Source: Leucoraja ocellata
Taxonomy: Eukaryota
Direction: 5' to 3'
Length of the DNA: 64,000 bases
Assembly: GCA_036785375.1 (NCBI GenBank)
Contig: JAWMAR010000027.1
Location: 9,796,001-9,860,000 of the forward strand
Part shown: positions 38,021 to 51,698 of the stretch, piece by piece
How the letters are laid out: each line of letters begins with the position of its first letter
Numbering within the stretch: the first letter of the stretch is position 1
Notes under the pieces: generated by a model
What the model was told of the DNA's origin: nothing
Seen by the model: the letters and a program-made list of their open reading frames with translations, nothing else
Database searches by the model: none
Made by a program: the position numbers and the translations under genes

Positions 38021-40352
38021 TCAGTAGAATCGCTATCATCATGGATTATTTTTAATTGTATTATTTTTTGACTCTTTGAGGTAGAATAATATTGACACAC
38101 TCACTTTGTACAATTGTAAGTTAACATCAAAGTAGCAATTTCTGTGCTTATGACCATCCTAGTATATAGGAGACCTCCATTTACCAGCTGAAAACTTCTC
38201 GACTTGAGTTTCAAGAACAAATAACTTCAAGGAATTCTCCCACTTAGGATCAGGCTTCTGTTCTGCCGCAAAAGAAATGAAAGCAGCTGATGGAATTAAA
38301 CACTTGGTGATTGCGGTACTATTCTGAAGAGCACCATTTGGAATTTAGATTCAGCCCCTACTTGACCTTTAACAATGTAATTGACAGGTGTGATGCCAGA
38401 AGCTTCCAGAACAAAGTTTTAAGGAACATTTCAAAAACAGCTGCATGTGTTTAAGTTGATTGTGCACATGTAGTTAATTTCAAAACCTACGCTTTTCAGG
38501 CCATAGATGGTACAAACTTCACGTTTTGTATCGCATGCCATTTAATCATCTCCCTTTTCCTCTTTTTTATATTATAATTTGAAACGGTGTACAGTTAGTC
38601 CACGGAGACTCATAAAAACAATATGAAATAATATTACGCCTTCAGCATAAAATACAGTTCCTTCCATTTAAAGTCGTAATTTAGCAACCAAAAAAAATAA
38701 CCTATGAAAAAGATTTATAACAAATGCAAATTAACTACATTTCTTACATTTTACACTTTACTTTTCCTTGCAAAGCCCAGAAAATCAATTTGGCTCGAAG
38801 GACTGAATGGCCTACTCCTGCACCTATTTTCCTCTGGTTCTATGGTTCTATTTAGTTTATTACATCATGTCATAATACATGAATAATATATGAAAAGGTA
38901 TCCTTTGTTCTCTTTAACTTGGCCTTTACCATTGTTATCATAATTCAAGTTGAAGGTTAACTTCCATCTGGCTGTATGTACTTAAGTAGCAAAAAACTGG
39001 AACAGAGAGGGTACAGCCATCCCAGAGAATGAGACTTGGTGCCACAGAAAGCCCTTCGAAAGTTGATGCTGAAATACAATTCCACACTTTAAACTGAAAT
39101 GTGCATTTCACAATTTGTGAATGCCCACGTTCAAAATTGGACTCGGGTATCAGTGGCTCAGCAGCATCTTGCAGAACAAAGACCTGATTTAAAAATTACA
39201 AGTGAATTAAGAAATCATTCCTACAACACATTAGCTTACAGACCACTTCATCAAAGTTCTTATTGGAGCAGTGGGATTCAAACATCAACCGTTGTACAAT
39301 TTTACGACTTGTTTTCAGGAGGACAACACTTTAGAAGCGTTGAGTATTAAACTTTATATTGTGCTGTCTATAATGTCTGAGACTATCAGCACTACAAATG
39401 AAAAACATGTTCAACAATAAAGCAACACCCATTGCTCTACTGGCAACAGGAAATTATAATTTGCCAATGTTTGCTTGATTAAACTAAGCTTTCAGTGAAG
39501 CGATAAAGCATTGTAGAGTTTGCTGAAGCTGCCGTCCGGACAATATGCAGAGACCTTCTCAGAAATTACAATCCCAAATGAAGGTCTTGGGAAAGGTCTT
39601 CGCTGGTTTGTATCTTCGCACCAGTGCTCAAACCCAGTCATTAGAATTCAGGGAGAGTGTTTTCTGAATTTAATCATTGGTCAAAGTTTCTAAAAGATTG
39701 TTGTATTTGATACTCACTAATTGGTCAAGCAAAACGCTGATGTTTACAAAGAAAACACTTCATTCCTTTGATGAATGGTATTTGTTAAATATCAATGCAT
39801 TTTGATGTGCTTGTTATAGAAATAAGCATTATGTGTATACTTTCTTACATTTTCTTTGGGAATTGAGTCAGTTTACAATAATTTTGTGTCAGCTAATTCT
39901 ATATTCCCAGTTAAATCCTTGCAAATATTTGATACAAGATGGACATTCTCAAATGGGTGTAGCGATTCTCATCATAATCTTTGACAATAATTTGTTCATA
40001 AAGAGTATAATTTTTTTACCCAATCTGATCATCAGCTAAATAGATTCCTAACCTTTTTTTCCCCATTAAAATTAGATATTTACTGCAAAAAATACTGGAT
40101 TCTTCGTGTTAAAATATTTTTTTTAGTGGCATTGATCTTCACAAATTTATTTATCCAAAGAGGATTTTACTGATATTGGATTTTTTTGAAAAATGCAATG
40201 TTAAAACTTTGTCTTGTACAGCACGTACTTATTATGAGCAATAGCTCTTACAAACAACAGTGCAAGGTGCAGTAATGCATTAAAGTAGTATTACTGTGCA
40301 TACTTAGTTCTTAAAGGTATACATAAACCTACATGGACAAAGTATAGTAGAC

Positions 40353-40450
40353 GCCTGAAGAATGGTCTCGACCCAAAATATCACCTATTCTTTTTCTCCA
40401 GAGATGTTATCCGACTGCTGAGTTACTACAGCTTTTTTTGTCTGTCTTTG
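40353..40450 (+). mobile_element. Short PLE-derived element
   Basis: cctgaagaatggtctcgacccaaaatatcacc. Confidence 0.75.
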
Positions 40451-41831
40451 ACTAACATAACTATATTGCTTCCCCGTTTACTAGACAAAAGGGACTATAC
40501 AGCAGGACATAAAAAAGTTTGATTGGCTGAATAATAGGGTGTGGGCTGTGGTTTTGCGTATGGCGTGATAATGCCAGAAAATCTATATTGTCTATTTTGG
40601 TATCTTATTGCAATGGTGAGAGAATTCTAATTTGCTGGGGAATCAGTGTGACACTGCAGTTATTGTTTATTGTGAAAGCAATTAAGGTGAAAAATAGGTA
40701 GGTTATGTGTCAGGTATCAGGTGTGTGGTGAGGCCACATCCGGCGTATTGCAAGTATAGTATTAGTTACTTTGTTTAAGGAAGAATGTAAATGCATTGGA
40801 AACGGTTCAGAAGAGGTTTACTAAACGGATACCTGGAGCTGTGTATGTTGTCAAATGAGGATGACTTTAGCAGTTAACTCTTTCTCTCTTTTCTTAAATA
40901 GTCGAGTCATGTTTGCTCCCTCCACTCTGCAGGATCATTCCAGAATCTATGAAGTTTTGGAAGACGGTAACCATAACAACTCCTATCTCCATAGGCACCT
41001 CTTTCAAAACTCTGGAATGTGGATCATCAGGTCTTTGGATCTTTCTGTTTTCAGACTCATTTACTTCTCTTGATGTACTTTTTTTTTAACCAATATTGAT
41101 TTATTTTACCTTCTTATTTCCACTGGACCCCTGGTTCGCCAATATTCCAAATGTTATTTTGTGTTTTCTTCCAAGTAGACAAACGCAAAGCATTTGTTCA
41201 GTTCCTCTGCCATTTCTTTTCTCCCCGTTACAAGTTTTCCCATCTTTGTCTGTGCTACACCACATTTGCCTCGGTAGTCTCGTCGTCTTTATATATCTAT
41301 TTAAGTTCCGTCAGTCTGTTTTAGGCTTCTCACTGATGTATTCTTGTATTAAATTTCCCCATTAATTATCAATCTTTGTTGAATTCAAAATACTCCCAAT
41401 CCCCAGGTTTACTGGTTTCTCTGGCAACTTTATAAACCTTTTCCATAAAGTTATTATTCTCTAACTCCTGTAGATCACAGTTCGATAATTACAACAACTT
41501 TGCGCCTTAAAGTCTCTGTACTGTACACTGACAATGACAATTAAAATTGAATCTGAATCTGAATCTGAATCTAAAGGAATGTTGTTGCAAATCATGTATT
41601 ATTTGTTCAAATGGCCTTTTCCTGTTCCCTGTGTACATTTTAATTTCCCAGTCTTTCTTCCAGTCAATCTTACCACTTTACAATCACAGAAACTTTGTTC
41701 ATAGTTTGTGATCATATGTTAGTCATTCTTTCAGAGGCTCTTTTCTGATTAAATTATCAATTAATTCTTTCTCCTTGTACATATATATATATATACCTAG
41801 ATTCAGATTCAGATTATATACCTAGATATAT

Positions 41832-41963
41832 AAATCAGTCTGAAGAAGGGTTTAGGCCCGAAGCGTTGCCTATTTCCTTAGCTCCATAGATGCTGCCGCA
41901 CCCGCTGAGTTTCTCCAGCACTTTTGTCTACCTTCGATTTTCCAGCATCTGCAGTTACTTCTT
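41832..41963 (+). mobile_element. Short PLE-derived element (second subfamily)
   Basis: aaatcagtctgaagaagggtttaggcccgaagcgttgcctatttcc...ttttccagcatctgcagtt. Confidence 0.8.
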
Positions 41964-42465
41964 AGATAGCCTATTTCCTAGTCAGTAATGCAACAGTCAC
42001 CCTGCATTATAACTATTGATCAGAGACCTATGAATGGCTCTCACATGTTTTCTCTCTGCTGTTCCTTACCTCCAGTTCAACTTATTTCTCACAATCTGTC
42101 TTGCCAAGATTATTTTCAGCTCTAATACTAATGCCAGTCATATTAATAGTGCCACCCCACCTTATTTTCCTTTTTGCTTACCCATCTGAAGTGTTGAATA
42201 TCCAAGAATATTTATTTCTTGTCTTTGGCCAACTTGCAGTCTTGTTTTATAATGACATTTAGATTGTATCCACTTACATCTATTTCTGTCATTAATTCAT
42301 TCACCTTGTGGCAGATACAGCTTGCATGTAGATATAGTGCTTCCAAACTTGCATTTTAAATCTTTCTATGCACAGACTCAATTTGCTGCTTGCCTTTGTT
42401 TCCACTGCTTATTAATTTTGCTCTTTGCATTTTTTAGAATCAATCTCCGGCTTTGTTTCTTTCTC

Positions 42466-42565
42466 AAAGATGGACACAAAATGCTGGATTAACTCAGCGG
42501 GTCAAACAGCATCTCTGGAGAAAAGGAATAGGTGACATTTTGGGTCGAGACCCTTCGTCAGACTT
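42466..42565 (-). mobile_element. Short PLE-derived element
   Basis: Minus strand reads gtctgacgaagggtctcgacccaaaatgtcacc. Confidence 0.8.
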
Positions 42566-43210
42566 TCTCTTCTGATTCTCTTAAGTTCCCATATCCTTGT
42601 TAAGCTCTCCCCAAAACAAAGCCCTCCATGTAGGATTATTGGTCCAAATGCTGGTGAGATGCAACCCGCCGGACCTGTACAGGTACCACCTGAATCAGAA
42701 ACAGTCTCGCAGTCCAAAGGCCTGTCTCCTGGGTCACCTCTCCAGACATATCTTCATGGGCTTGTACCCCTGAAGAATGACTGGATCTTGGATTTCCTCT
42801 CTCCCCAAATGCTACTAACCTTTCAAAAAAATCATCCCTTAAATCAACGGACTTGGACCAGTGCATCCCCATTATTGCTGGTGTATACTCATAGCCTACA
42901 ACTATGATGGTCAGTTATTTTGGGTTCAACTTACACAATGAAGTAAGCATTACAAAAAAAATGTATTAGTCTCAGAAACACTGCTGCTGCAACGGATATA
43001 ATCTGCGTGTAATAGACTGCTTAGCACATAAATGTTTTGTCTGTCATAAGGAGCTGCCTGATTTATCCCCCAAGGCATAGTTTAGAAACTTAAACATAAA
43101 TACTTGAATTAGTTGGAGCTGCTGCATGGCTTTTTGATATGTGACAGCTTCAGCCGATTGCGACTGCGGCTGATCTTGGTGCTCAAGTGGAAGCTTCTGT
43201 GTTAATTATC

Positions 43211-43527
43211 TTTTGTTTAGTTTAGAATTACAGCGCGGAAACAGGACCTTCGGCCCACCGAGTCCGCACCGACCAGTGATCCCTGCACATTAACACTATC
43301 CTACACTAGGGACAGTTTTTACATTTATACCAAGCCAATTAACCTACAAACCTGTACATCTTTGGAGTGTGGGAGGAAACCGAAGTTCATGGAGAAAAAC
43401 CCACGCGGTCACTGGGAGAACGTACAAACTCCGGACAGACAACACCCGTAGTGAGGATGGAACCCGGGACTCTGGCGTTATAGGTGTTGTAAGACAGCGA
43501 CTCTAACGCTGCGCCACCGTGCCACCC
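43211..43527 (-). mobile_element. Full-length HE1-like V-SINE
   Basis: tRNA-like head with A/B-box-like motifs, central V-domain, CR1-derived tail and (ctaaa)n end. Confidence 0.85.
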
Positions 43528-44299
43528 TCTGATGCACCATATGGTACCCTCTAGTTAAACACTGCATTGCTAACACGTGGCTGCAAGAGGTTCAGTATAG
43601 TTTGTGGCAAACTATTTCACAATGATATCTGAATGGCTCTTTAATTTTCAGTTAAAGGCAATGTTAAAATTGGTGCCGGTGACTGTGGTGATCCTGCCTG
43701 GATTTCTGTATGCTCCGATAATTGTGTATTATGTAACTTGAATATCGCTTTACCTCCACAAGCAACTATCAACATGTTGGCAACCATTTCAGTGACAGTT
43801 GCCTACATTTCAAACCTGCGTTGAGTTCGGTATGAGGCCAGAGGGGAGCAACTTATTTCCTTGTTCAACATGCAGTAGATTAGCAAATCCTGCCCCTTTT
43901 GAGGTGAACCGCACATAAAATGGGTATTAGCAGCAAAGTGAAAACATGTGGGAGATGGGCACGATGGAAATGCAGAAGAATGGGTACTCATCTATGTGGT
44001 TTTGTATAGACTGAATATGCAAAATTGTTTGGTCTGTTCATCTGATTGCTTTTATTTTAAAGAATTTGTGCTCGAGGGCAGATGATTAGTATCAAAGCAA
44101 ATTCTCTATGGCATCTGTCAGTGGTGGAATTTGGACTTCTCTGTATTTATAATTACTGGTGGGACGTGTATCTCTGGAATCCTGCCACATATTGATAGAC
44201 CTTCACTGCTATTCAAGTTGACATGAAACCACATCGCTGACCTCCTGCAGTGTCTGGAATTAAAGGATTCCACATAGTTCCATGCGGCGGGCAGTCACA

Positions 44300-44434
44300 G
44301 AGAAACCCCACGCGGTCACTGGGAGAATGTACAAACTCCGTACAGACAACACCCGTAGTCAGGATCGAACCCGGGCCTCTGGCGCTATAGGCGTTGTAAG
44401 ACAGCAACTCTACCGCTGCGCCACCGTGCCACCC
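44300..44434 (-). mobile_element. 5' half of HE1-like SINE
   Basis: Near-identical to 43393-43527. Confidence 0.8.
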
Positions 44435-45302
44435 TCTGATGCACCATATCTTGCCGACCATGCACGGTAGGTAAGATGTCCAGCTTTGGAGAGTGTGTGA
44501 ATTGGAATCAAGCATACAAGTGTTGGATTATCTAAACAACTGCTGCCCTTGGCCTACATGGTGGCATCGGTTGAGGATTTACCTCATGTCATCAAGGAAG
44601 CCGCGAGGAAAGGTTATTTTTGTACATGACACAGACTATAGGTTTTGCATGATTAGTACTGGATTAGTGATGATCTCCATGATGTTGCTGAGATATTCTG
44701 GTCAATGATCAACATGTTGGATGCCAGGGGAAGTCATTAGATTGCTTCTTGTTCCTGATGGCCTTGTATCTGTGTGACACAGCTGTCACTTTACACTTAG
44801 TGCCACTATGCTGATTGGTAGCCAGGTTCTTCTGCATGTGGCAACAGACAGCTTCTTCATTTGAGCCTTGATTCAGTACAGTGGAAACAAATGTTGATCT
44901 AAACTGCAAAATCACATAATGTATCCTGACTAGATATTCAAAGAGAAGCCCACTTTGATATCACCTGTCATGATTCTCCTGCTTCTGCTCCTCTCCTTCC
45001 CTTCTTACTCATTCCTAACTTGCTTTATGATAAGGACGGACTGTGCCTTCATTAATGCAAGATCGGAGCAGACGAATAACTGTTCTGGGGTGTATTTCTA
45101 CATATTTCTGGGCACTCAAGGCAAAAACTCATGTTGTGAATTTAATGGCCATGTGCAAGTTGTTCCTCCTGACATTGTCTCTATAATAGAGTGTGCTCTT
45201 CAGCATTACCAGGAGCCCATGAAGCAGTGGATAAAGGGAATATTCCTTGTTCTCTGAGAACCATACCACAGTTTAAAATGTGTCAAAACACTATGAAATT
45301 CC

Positions 45303-45790
45303 TTAAACCCCTTTTTCACGGGGCGACTTGACGCAAGAGGTAACCAGAGTTTAACATCGTGGGAACCTCGTGCGATAACAGTACGGCATTCGTGGACCAC
45401 CGTGGCGCTAACGGCAGGTAATCGTGTAACTTGGGTACTCGGGAGAAAATTCAAGCAAGCTTGAATTTCTCCAAGAGTGACTTGTATACTTGTGGTTGAG
45501 CATTGCAACATTTTATGAACGTAGTGGCCAGTGCGATCTCCGTAGTAACTCTTGCGGTTACCGTGGGAACTCCTGCGAACGGTAAACCCGGAAGCTGGAC
45601 AGAGGGGACAGAAGGTGAGTAAAAAAGGTGTTCTCAATGTCGCCAATGGAACATGTGTCCATCAAGGACGTCCCACCTCATGTCATTGTTGGAGAATCTT
45701 TTTAACAGGAACACGCAGAGATGGCTCCCAGAAAAGCTCAAAGAAAGGGGGTAAAGCGTGTCAGAAAGGAGCAAATGGAGTTGGACAAAT
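45303..45790 (+). mobile_element. Probable DNA-transposon end (Harbinger-like), one terminus only
   Basis: Abrupt CpG-rich block starting after TTA; internal hairpin gagaaaattcaagc/gcttgaatttctc; no partner TIR found. Confidence 0.35.
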
Positions 45791-46660
45791 TTCACGAGTG
45801 TGAATGCATGTGTATTATTGATGACTTGACCCTTTTCCTGTTCTATGTAATTTTAGCATTGCTGCTCTGACATTTTATTTCCATAAAGGAATGTTTGACC
45901 TTGGAGAAACAATGCCTCCTTGTCAGCCCGGTCCTGTCGATGAACTTTACACATGAGAGGGGGAATTGGCTTACTTCCATAAAACGTCTGAAACTCCCTC
46001 AGTGTAAACCCCAACATATTAGAGTTGCATTGCTTCATGCGTCTCATTTCAAAATCTAATATGCATCCTGGATGTGAAATTGGCAGTGGTTTAGCCTCAT
46101 AATGGAAGATAATATTTGATGCTTACAAATAGGCGTTCTATTTAAAAATGATCAACAATTCCACAAGGGAAATGTGAAACAAAAACTGTTCATGACTCTG
46201 CTTTACTACAGTATTTCCAGACACTGATTAAAATCTTAAATGGGACTTGCACTGATCCCCAATAGAAGTTTTTTTTTGGCAAGAATTAGGATTGTTATTT
46301 GAGAAGCTTGTGATTAAGATTGTGGAGGCATGCTTTAGATGCTTGGCATAATCTGGAACCACACCCAATGTAACTCAACCAGACAAATACAAAAATATTG
46401 CTGATGTTGGGAATCCAAAGTAAAAACGGAAATGCTTGGTTCATGTTGCACCATAAGACATAATATTTACATTAAAATAGAGCACAGAAGTAGTAGAATT
46501 GAATCAGAACTGGGAGACAAGCTTTAACAGGCAGGGGGCTTCTCTCTGAAAAATGGAATTCTCATCTAATGAGGGCATTAGGATAATGAAAGTTATAATC
46601 GGATAAAGACATTTACCCCTCCAATCTTTCTCAGCCTGCAACACCTAAAGTTCTATGCTT

Positions 46661-47064
46661 GGGGAGGCACGGTGGCGCAGCAGTAGAGGTGCTGCCTCAC
46701 ATTGCCAGAGACCCAGGTTAGATCCTGACTATGGGTACTGTCTTGGAGTTTGCACGTTCTCCCTGTGACCGCGTGTATTTTCTCCGCATGCTCCCAGTTT
46801 CCTCCCACGTTCCAAAGCCTTGTAGGTTAATTGGCTTCTGTAAATTGTCCCTACTATGTAGGATGTGATAACATGGAATTAGTGTATGGGTGAATGATGG
46901 ACGGTTCAGGCTGAAGAAGGGTCTCGAACCAAAACGCCACCCATTCCTTCTCTCCAGAGATGCTGCCTTTCCCGCTGAGCTACTCTAGCATTTTGTGTCT
47001 GTCTATGATCGATGGTCAGAGTGTGCTCGTTGTCCGATGAGCCTGTTTGTATTTCTAAACTAAA
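46661..47064 (+). mobile_element. HE1-like V-SINE with a short PLE element inserted (46906-47005)
   Basis: ggcacggtggcgcagcagtagag head, V-domain, tctaaactaaa tail. Confidence 0.85.
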
Positions 47065-47269
47065 AGCTTCTCCAAAAATGGCCTTTACTTTTGATAACTA
47101 TGCCTCCTCTGCCAAGACAATGATTTCTGGAATTCTTTCCTTGAACCCTCTTGTCTTCTTTTAAGCTGTTCTTTAATACTTGACACTTTCATCCTTCTTT
47201 GGGTCATCTGTCCTAGTATCACTTTGTGTGCTACTTTTATTTATTAACACGAGCATGAAATGCCCTGAT

Positions 47270-47387
47270 GAAAGAACTGCAGATGCTGGAAAAATCAAAG
47301 TTAGATAAAGCTGGAGAAACTCAGCGGGTGAGGCAGCATCTATGAAGCGAAGGAATAGGCGAGTTTCTCCAGCTTTTCTGTCTACCT
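47270..47387. mobile_element. Fold-back PLE-derived pair with 15-bp TSD
   Basis: atgaaatgccctgat (47255-47269) and atgaaatgtcctgat (47388-47402). Confidence 0.8.
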
Positions 47388-49101
47388 ATGAAATGTCCTG
47401 ATATTTTTTTTATGATATATGGGTGATTATAAATTCAAGTTGTCGGTAGTGTTGATAGGTCCATCCGTCGGGGGTGGGTGAGGCCTGAATTAGGGGCAGG
47501 AAATAAGAGCGTTTCCAATAAATCCCATGAGGAATTTAGGAGTAATGCATTAAACCAGAGAATGTTTAGAATGTGGAATTTTCTGTCACAATGAATGGTT
47601 GAGGTTAATGTTAGAGATGCACAAGAGGGAGAGAGAAGTAAAAGGATATTAATAGGTTTAGATGAACAAGAGTGGGTGGGAGTTCAAATGAATCATACCA
47701 CTGCAAGATCCATGGGGTTGAATGGTTTATGCTGTGCCTACCTTTTAAGTATTATTTAGACGGCCCCCTATAACATAACACACCTGACAGTTGCATGGGC
47801 AAGTCTCTCTAATGCTGTTCTTCATTTAGTAACCTTAATTATGGGAAACTTGTGACTTTCTTCCCAGTTACCTGTGCAAATAATATCTTGACAGCTGTTT
47901 ATTGAAGAAAAACACTGACGGGGGATGGTGGAACAGAAGGGAGGAAATCCAAGATGGCTGTGCATTTTGCCTCCCACTTAGACTTCTTATTGCCTCAGTT
48001 TATTCAAACCAGCTGTTGACTATAAAATATAATCCTATGCACTGTTTGGCAGGTCTGTAGTCACACACACACACACTGGTATTATGCAAATATGTATAGC
48101 TTTGTTATAAATGAGTTCTGTGGTAAACCAATTTAGTCATTTTTTTAAATTCCATTCTGAGAAATACTATTTTTTTCATCAGTGGTGAATAATGTTTTAA
48201 TTTATTAGTGCTAATTTCAGCAATTTTTAAAACAAACTGCCCCTTCCTATGGATTTTCTCTTTCCCTAACATGTTAGACACTGAGATGTTATGATTGTTA
48301 TTCTGGAACAAAGGAAGTTAAGAGAAATTAGATAGAAATGTTCAAAGGATTTTAATATTGCAGAGGGAGTAATTGTTTCGCTTGGCTCGAGGGATAGTAA
48401 TTTGATAAGAAGGTTGAGATGACTGCCAAATAAAAACAAGAGGGCAACAATGAGAATAATTTTTAATAATGAGAATAAATTGTTTAAAAGGTTGTGAGAA
48501 TCAGATTGAATAATAACTTTAAAAAACTTTTATTATATACTTGATAAAGAAAAAAAGTACAGGCGTTGGATACAGGGCTGGAACTAATTGAATTTTGGTT
48601 TCAAAGATCCAGCTGTGTTGGTTTGGCACCTTCAGGACGGCATGATCCTCTGAAACTCTAACTCTGGGTGTTGGCCATCTATTCCTAGTGGATCGTGTCT
48701 GTGGAGTAATCCATCTTCTGATGATATATCAGATCTGAGATAGGTCTGAATCAAAGTTGTTAAGTTGCATGGTCATTTTTCAGACCATTCACTGCCAAAT
48801 ATGTAACGGTTCCAAAACAAGAAGTAAAGTTGAAGTTTAACCAACAGATGTCTCAATCTTATTATGAAGGTGCTTCCTTTAGATTATAATTCCATTGGCA
48901 AAGCATTTTTTGAAGATGGTGTTTATGTACCTTTTATTCATGAAGGGGCAGGTTGATAAATATATAAAGCACTTTAAAGTCCCTACTTACAAAGCTGAAC
49001 GATGGTACCTCCTATCCCTTGACCTTCCCACCACAAATGGCAATGGCAGTCTTGTTGTTGAGGCCTGATTTCATCTGTTTTCTCTTTCGATGGGAATTGT
49101 C

Positions 49102-49389
49102 TTAGTTTAGCTTGGAGACAGCGTTGAAATGGGCCCTTCGGCCCACCAAATCTACACCCCCCAGCGGTCACCCATACACTAGCTCTATCACACTCTAGGG
49201 ACAATTTATAGAAGCCAATTAACCTATAAACCTACACGTCTTTGAAGAGGGGAGGGGGGGAATCGGAGCACCTGGAAAAAACCCGTGCGGTCACCAGGAG
49301 AACATACAAACTCCGTACAGATAACACCTGTGATCAGGATCGGACCCGGGTCTATGGCCCTGTAATGCAGCAACTCTGCGCCACTGTAC
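49102..49389 (-). mobile_element. HE1-like V-SINE
   Basis: Same architecture as 43211-43527. Confidence 0.8.
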
Positions 49390-49852
49390 CATTCTTTACT
49401 TCACAGGCATGCATTGCTTTTCCAATTTTCACTACTAATTGATCAAGAGGCTACGATTAGATACTTTGCAAAGTGAGAGTTGCTCTTTCATTGGTAGGTA
49501 TACAAATGCTGGGATTGTTGTTGTATTAATTCTTGGGAGGTAGCCTTGCTGACAAGGTGACACTAGGAATGCGGCAGTTACAACTTTGTATTTGAGGATG
49601 ACTGGACCTGTGAGAACCACATGAACAAGCCCACAGAAATGCTTGTACTGCCTACAGAGTTGGACTCCATCTTGGAAACTTGGCCACAGGATTATTGCAT
49701 GCTGGGCCCTCTGATATATCCCGTCAATCTCAGTGCTCACTCCAGTCATGTGGGAAGCATTTTACTTTTGTTCTGGGCGACGATCTTTCAAACTTGAAAG
49801 AGACTTTGTATTTCAAAGTGCAGACTTCTAAAGAAGTCACTCTTGCTCTGAA

Positions 49853-50145
49853 AGCCTTCTTCCCTACAGCCATCCGGTTATTAAAACTACAACCTCCAAA
49901 TAGGCCCTGAACTACATAGATTTGGGGGCATTGATCTTTTTACAATAGATGTATGTATGTGTATAAACAGTATATGTATATATGTTTATATATACGTCTA
50001 TATTTATAGATGTTATATATATATATATATATATCACTTTTTTCATTTATCATATTGTTTGGAGAGTACTATGTTTATATGTTCCATTATGCTGCTGCAA
50101 GTATACATTCTGTCTGGCACATATGATATTAACACCGCTTGACTC
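49853..50145 (+). mobile_element. Rex1/Babar-like LINE 3' end with (TA)n tract
   Basis: FFPTAIRLL motif; tail ending cttgactct. Confidence 0.6.
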
Positions 50146-51577
50146 TTTGTTGAATATATTTAGCGAGTGCTCCTTCGTAACTACAAGAAAGCTGATTGTT
50201 TTGTGTTGCACTCTTTTATGGATTCCATCTTGAGGCCAGATAAATGAGTAAAGGTTGGTGGTTTAAGAGAGATAAGGTTGACCCTTTTAGTTTTCAGTGT
50301 TTTTAAGTTGCGGCTTTTTTGTAAGGGAATGGTGTCACGATTAAAACCAATGTGGTTGAAAATGTCACCGGAGATGAATTTTGGGTAATGCACTGTAATG
50401 TCACTGTTGTACCATTGGCAAGCTGCAGACTAGAAAAATATGTCAGGGCACATAAAGACCGAACAACACTTCCATGTTATACTAATGTCTGACACCAACA
50501 GAAATCTGGTTTTATAAATCATGGCTTAAACCAGTTCCACACATTTCTGGGAAAGTTATTCTTGATTTTCCCCCAGCATTTAGCTTTTGTGTGCAAACAA
50601 ACATTCATAGCTTTGCTAAGTTATTGAACTAAATGATACAGGGAAAATCTAAAATGTACATTAGTGTGCACTTTTTTGGTGTTCAAGGATAAAGGTCTGG
50701 GTCCATTGATGGTGATTTCTATGTGTTGCCATTAACTGGATGGAGACGAATAGGGGTTAGACTCTGAGGGATAAAATTTATTTGAGAGATCTTCCAAGTA
50801 AATAAGTGTACAGAAAGAGTTCAGCTGGTTAGAAATCACTCTGATGTTTATGGTATTGCTGACGGGCCATGATGAATCGTTATTTGCGAAAAGACAAATA
50901 TTAAAGATTTAGAAATGGAATTGCTGAGTTTTGAAACTTTTATCCACCGTTTACTAAAGGCTTGGATAAACAATGAATCAGTTTGTAGCTGGAAAAGGTA
51001 GCTATGAAAACATATGACAGAAATGAGGAGACCTATAGGTCTGGTTGCTTCAATGTTTCTTAAATTGATTCATGGCAGCCTGCAGGATTGGAATTTGGAT
51101 TTAAAAAACAAATTTTGCAGCATGCTCTTGCTCAAGATTGGCTCTTTCACTGACTTTAAGCAAAACAACATCAGTGAATCATAAGTGTCTCTGGACCATG
51201 CAGGAGCTATAGGAGGCCAGACTTCAGTCTCCAATCAATAAACACTGTCATGTGAAAAGAGCTTATGGCTTCCAGACTGGTTAGCTTGCATTAAAGTCAC
51301 TATTATTAGAATTCTACATCTTGTTTACCTACTATTTTGTCCCGGTTTCTGTTGGATATGCAAATATGAATTATTGCAACACTTGTGAAAATGTTCACGC
51401 AGTATGTTAATAATTAAAAACAGGATCTTGGTGTCAATAAATTACACAACTTTTCTTTATTACTGTATGACGAAATGTTACTTTCAGGTACTTTAACAAA
51501 AGTGAACTAAGAAAATACCTTATGAGTAAAAATTATTTTCTTCCCAAGGCAAGCCAAGATGAGTAAAACTGTTGGCT

Positions 51578-51698
51578 GAAGGTACACAAAAAAGCTGGAG
51601 AAACTCAGCGGGTGCAGCGGCATCTATGGAGCGAAGGAAATAGGCAACGTTTCGGGACGTTTTGTGTACCTTCGATTTTCCAGCATGTCCTTCTTAAA
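51578..51698. mobile_element. Fold-back PLE-derived pair
   Basis: Minus copy ending caacgtttcggg, then plus 3' end; imperfect flanking repeat aaaactg(tg)tt(g/a)gctg. Confidence 0.75.

Noticed and set aside
46661-46740. tRNA gene
   Set aside because: tRNA-derived SINE head continuing into the V-domain; no full cloverleaf
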